Origin: Balanoglossus misakiensis
Taxonomy: Eukaryota; Animalia; Hemichordata
DNA length: 64,000 bases
Assembly: GCA_040954595.2 (NCBI GenBank)
Contig: CM082582.2
Coordinates: 992,001-1,056,000, forward strand
Direction of reading: 5' to 3'
In this document: piece by piece, positions 63,538-64,000 of the stretch
How the letters are laid out: each line of letters opens with the position of its first letter
Position numbering within the stretch: position 1 is the stretch's first letter
The notes under the pieces: model-generated
Database searches by the model: none
The model's input: the letters and a program-made list of their open reading frames with translations, nothing else
What the model was told of the DNA's origin: nothing
Program-made: the position numbers and the translations under genes

Positions 63538-64000
63538 TCTCTCAGATACTGTTCTCATGTGGTTTAAGTCATACCTTTCCAATCGTAGTCAGTGTGTACT
63601 TGTAAATTCCACCCAATCACCTTTCTATCAGCTCGACACTGGGGTACCATAGGGATCAGTTCTTGGTCCCATACTTTTCAATATGTACCCGTCTCCATTT
63701 GGTGAATTAGTTCAAAGTCATGGTTGTCTTTATAGTTTTTATGCAGATGACTCTTCACTTTATATGTCTTTTAGTAAAGACAACGCAGCAAGAACTGTTT
63801 CAAATTTTGAACTTTGTATATCCGATGTTAGGTTTTGGATGTCTGAAAACTTCTTGTGCTTATACGACGATAAGACTGAATTTGTTATTTTCTTTGGTAT
63901 TTCAGGTGATCTGTCTGCTAGAGGGATTTCAGAAATTCGTGTTGGCGATTCTCTGATTCCTGTCCATTGTCAGGCTAAGAGCCTTGGTGTGATCCTTGAC
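63538..64000 (+). mobile_element. L2-clade LINE reverse transcriptase fragment with stop
   Basis: SDTVLMWFKSYLSNRSQCV...GVP*GSVLGPILFNMY...FYADDSSLYMSF...KSLGVILD. Confidence 0.88.

Overview
This is AT-rich eukaryotic DNA with GT-AG introns. The gene and transposon content suggests a marine invertebrate, but that is an inference. (1) 689-6231: the last 11 exons of a type I membrane protein (sushi/CCP, SEA-like region with RRKR, 4 GCC2/ephrin-receptor-like Cys repeats, 2 EGF, TM, NPxY tail). (2) ~7.8-14.8 kb: a foldback element, an L2-type LINE fragment and an 86-bp satellite. (3) 14832-42477: a ~27.6 kb imperfect palindrome whose ~10-11 kb arms themselves contain nested inverted repeats. The arms carry arm-specific transposon insertions (the empty site is visible in the other arm) and mosaic homogenisation. 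Outward-facing promoter/first-exon cassettes flank a 6.3 kb spacer holding a decayed secreted pentraxin-type gene. (4) 43844-48724: a young but disabled full-length Gypsy LTR retrotransposon. (5) 48.7-56.9 kb: a degenerate GC-rich ORF, then a second palindrome with head-to-head spliced OB-fold (RPA-like) gene copies around a 2.07 kb tandem duplication. (6) 57.2-64 kb: inverted 69-bp arrays rich in GGAAATTTCC, a BEL/Pao 5' fragment, a 309-bp satellite and another L2 fragment. All identities and domain calls were made by eye, and no database search was run.
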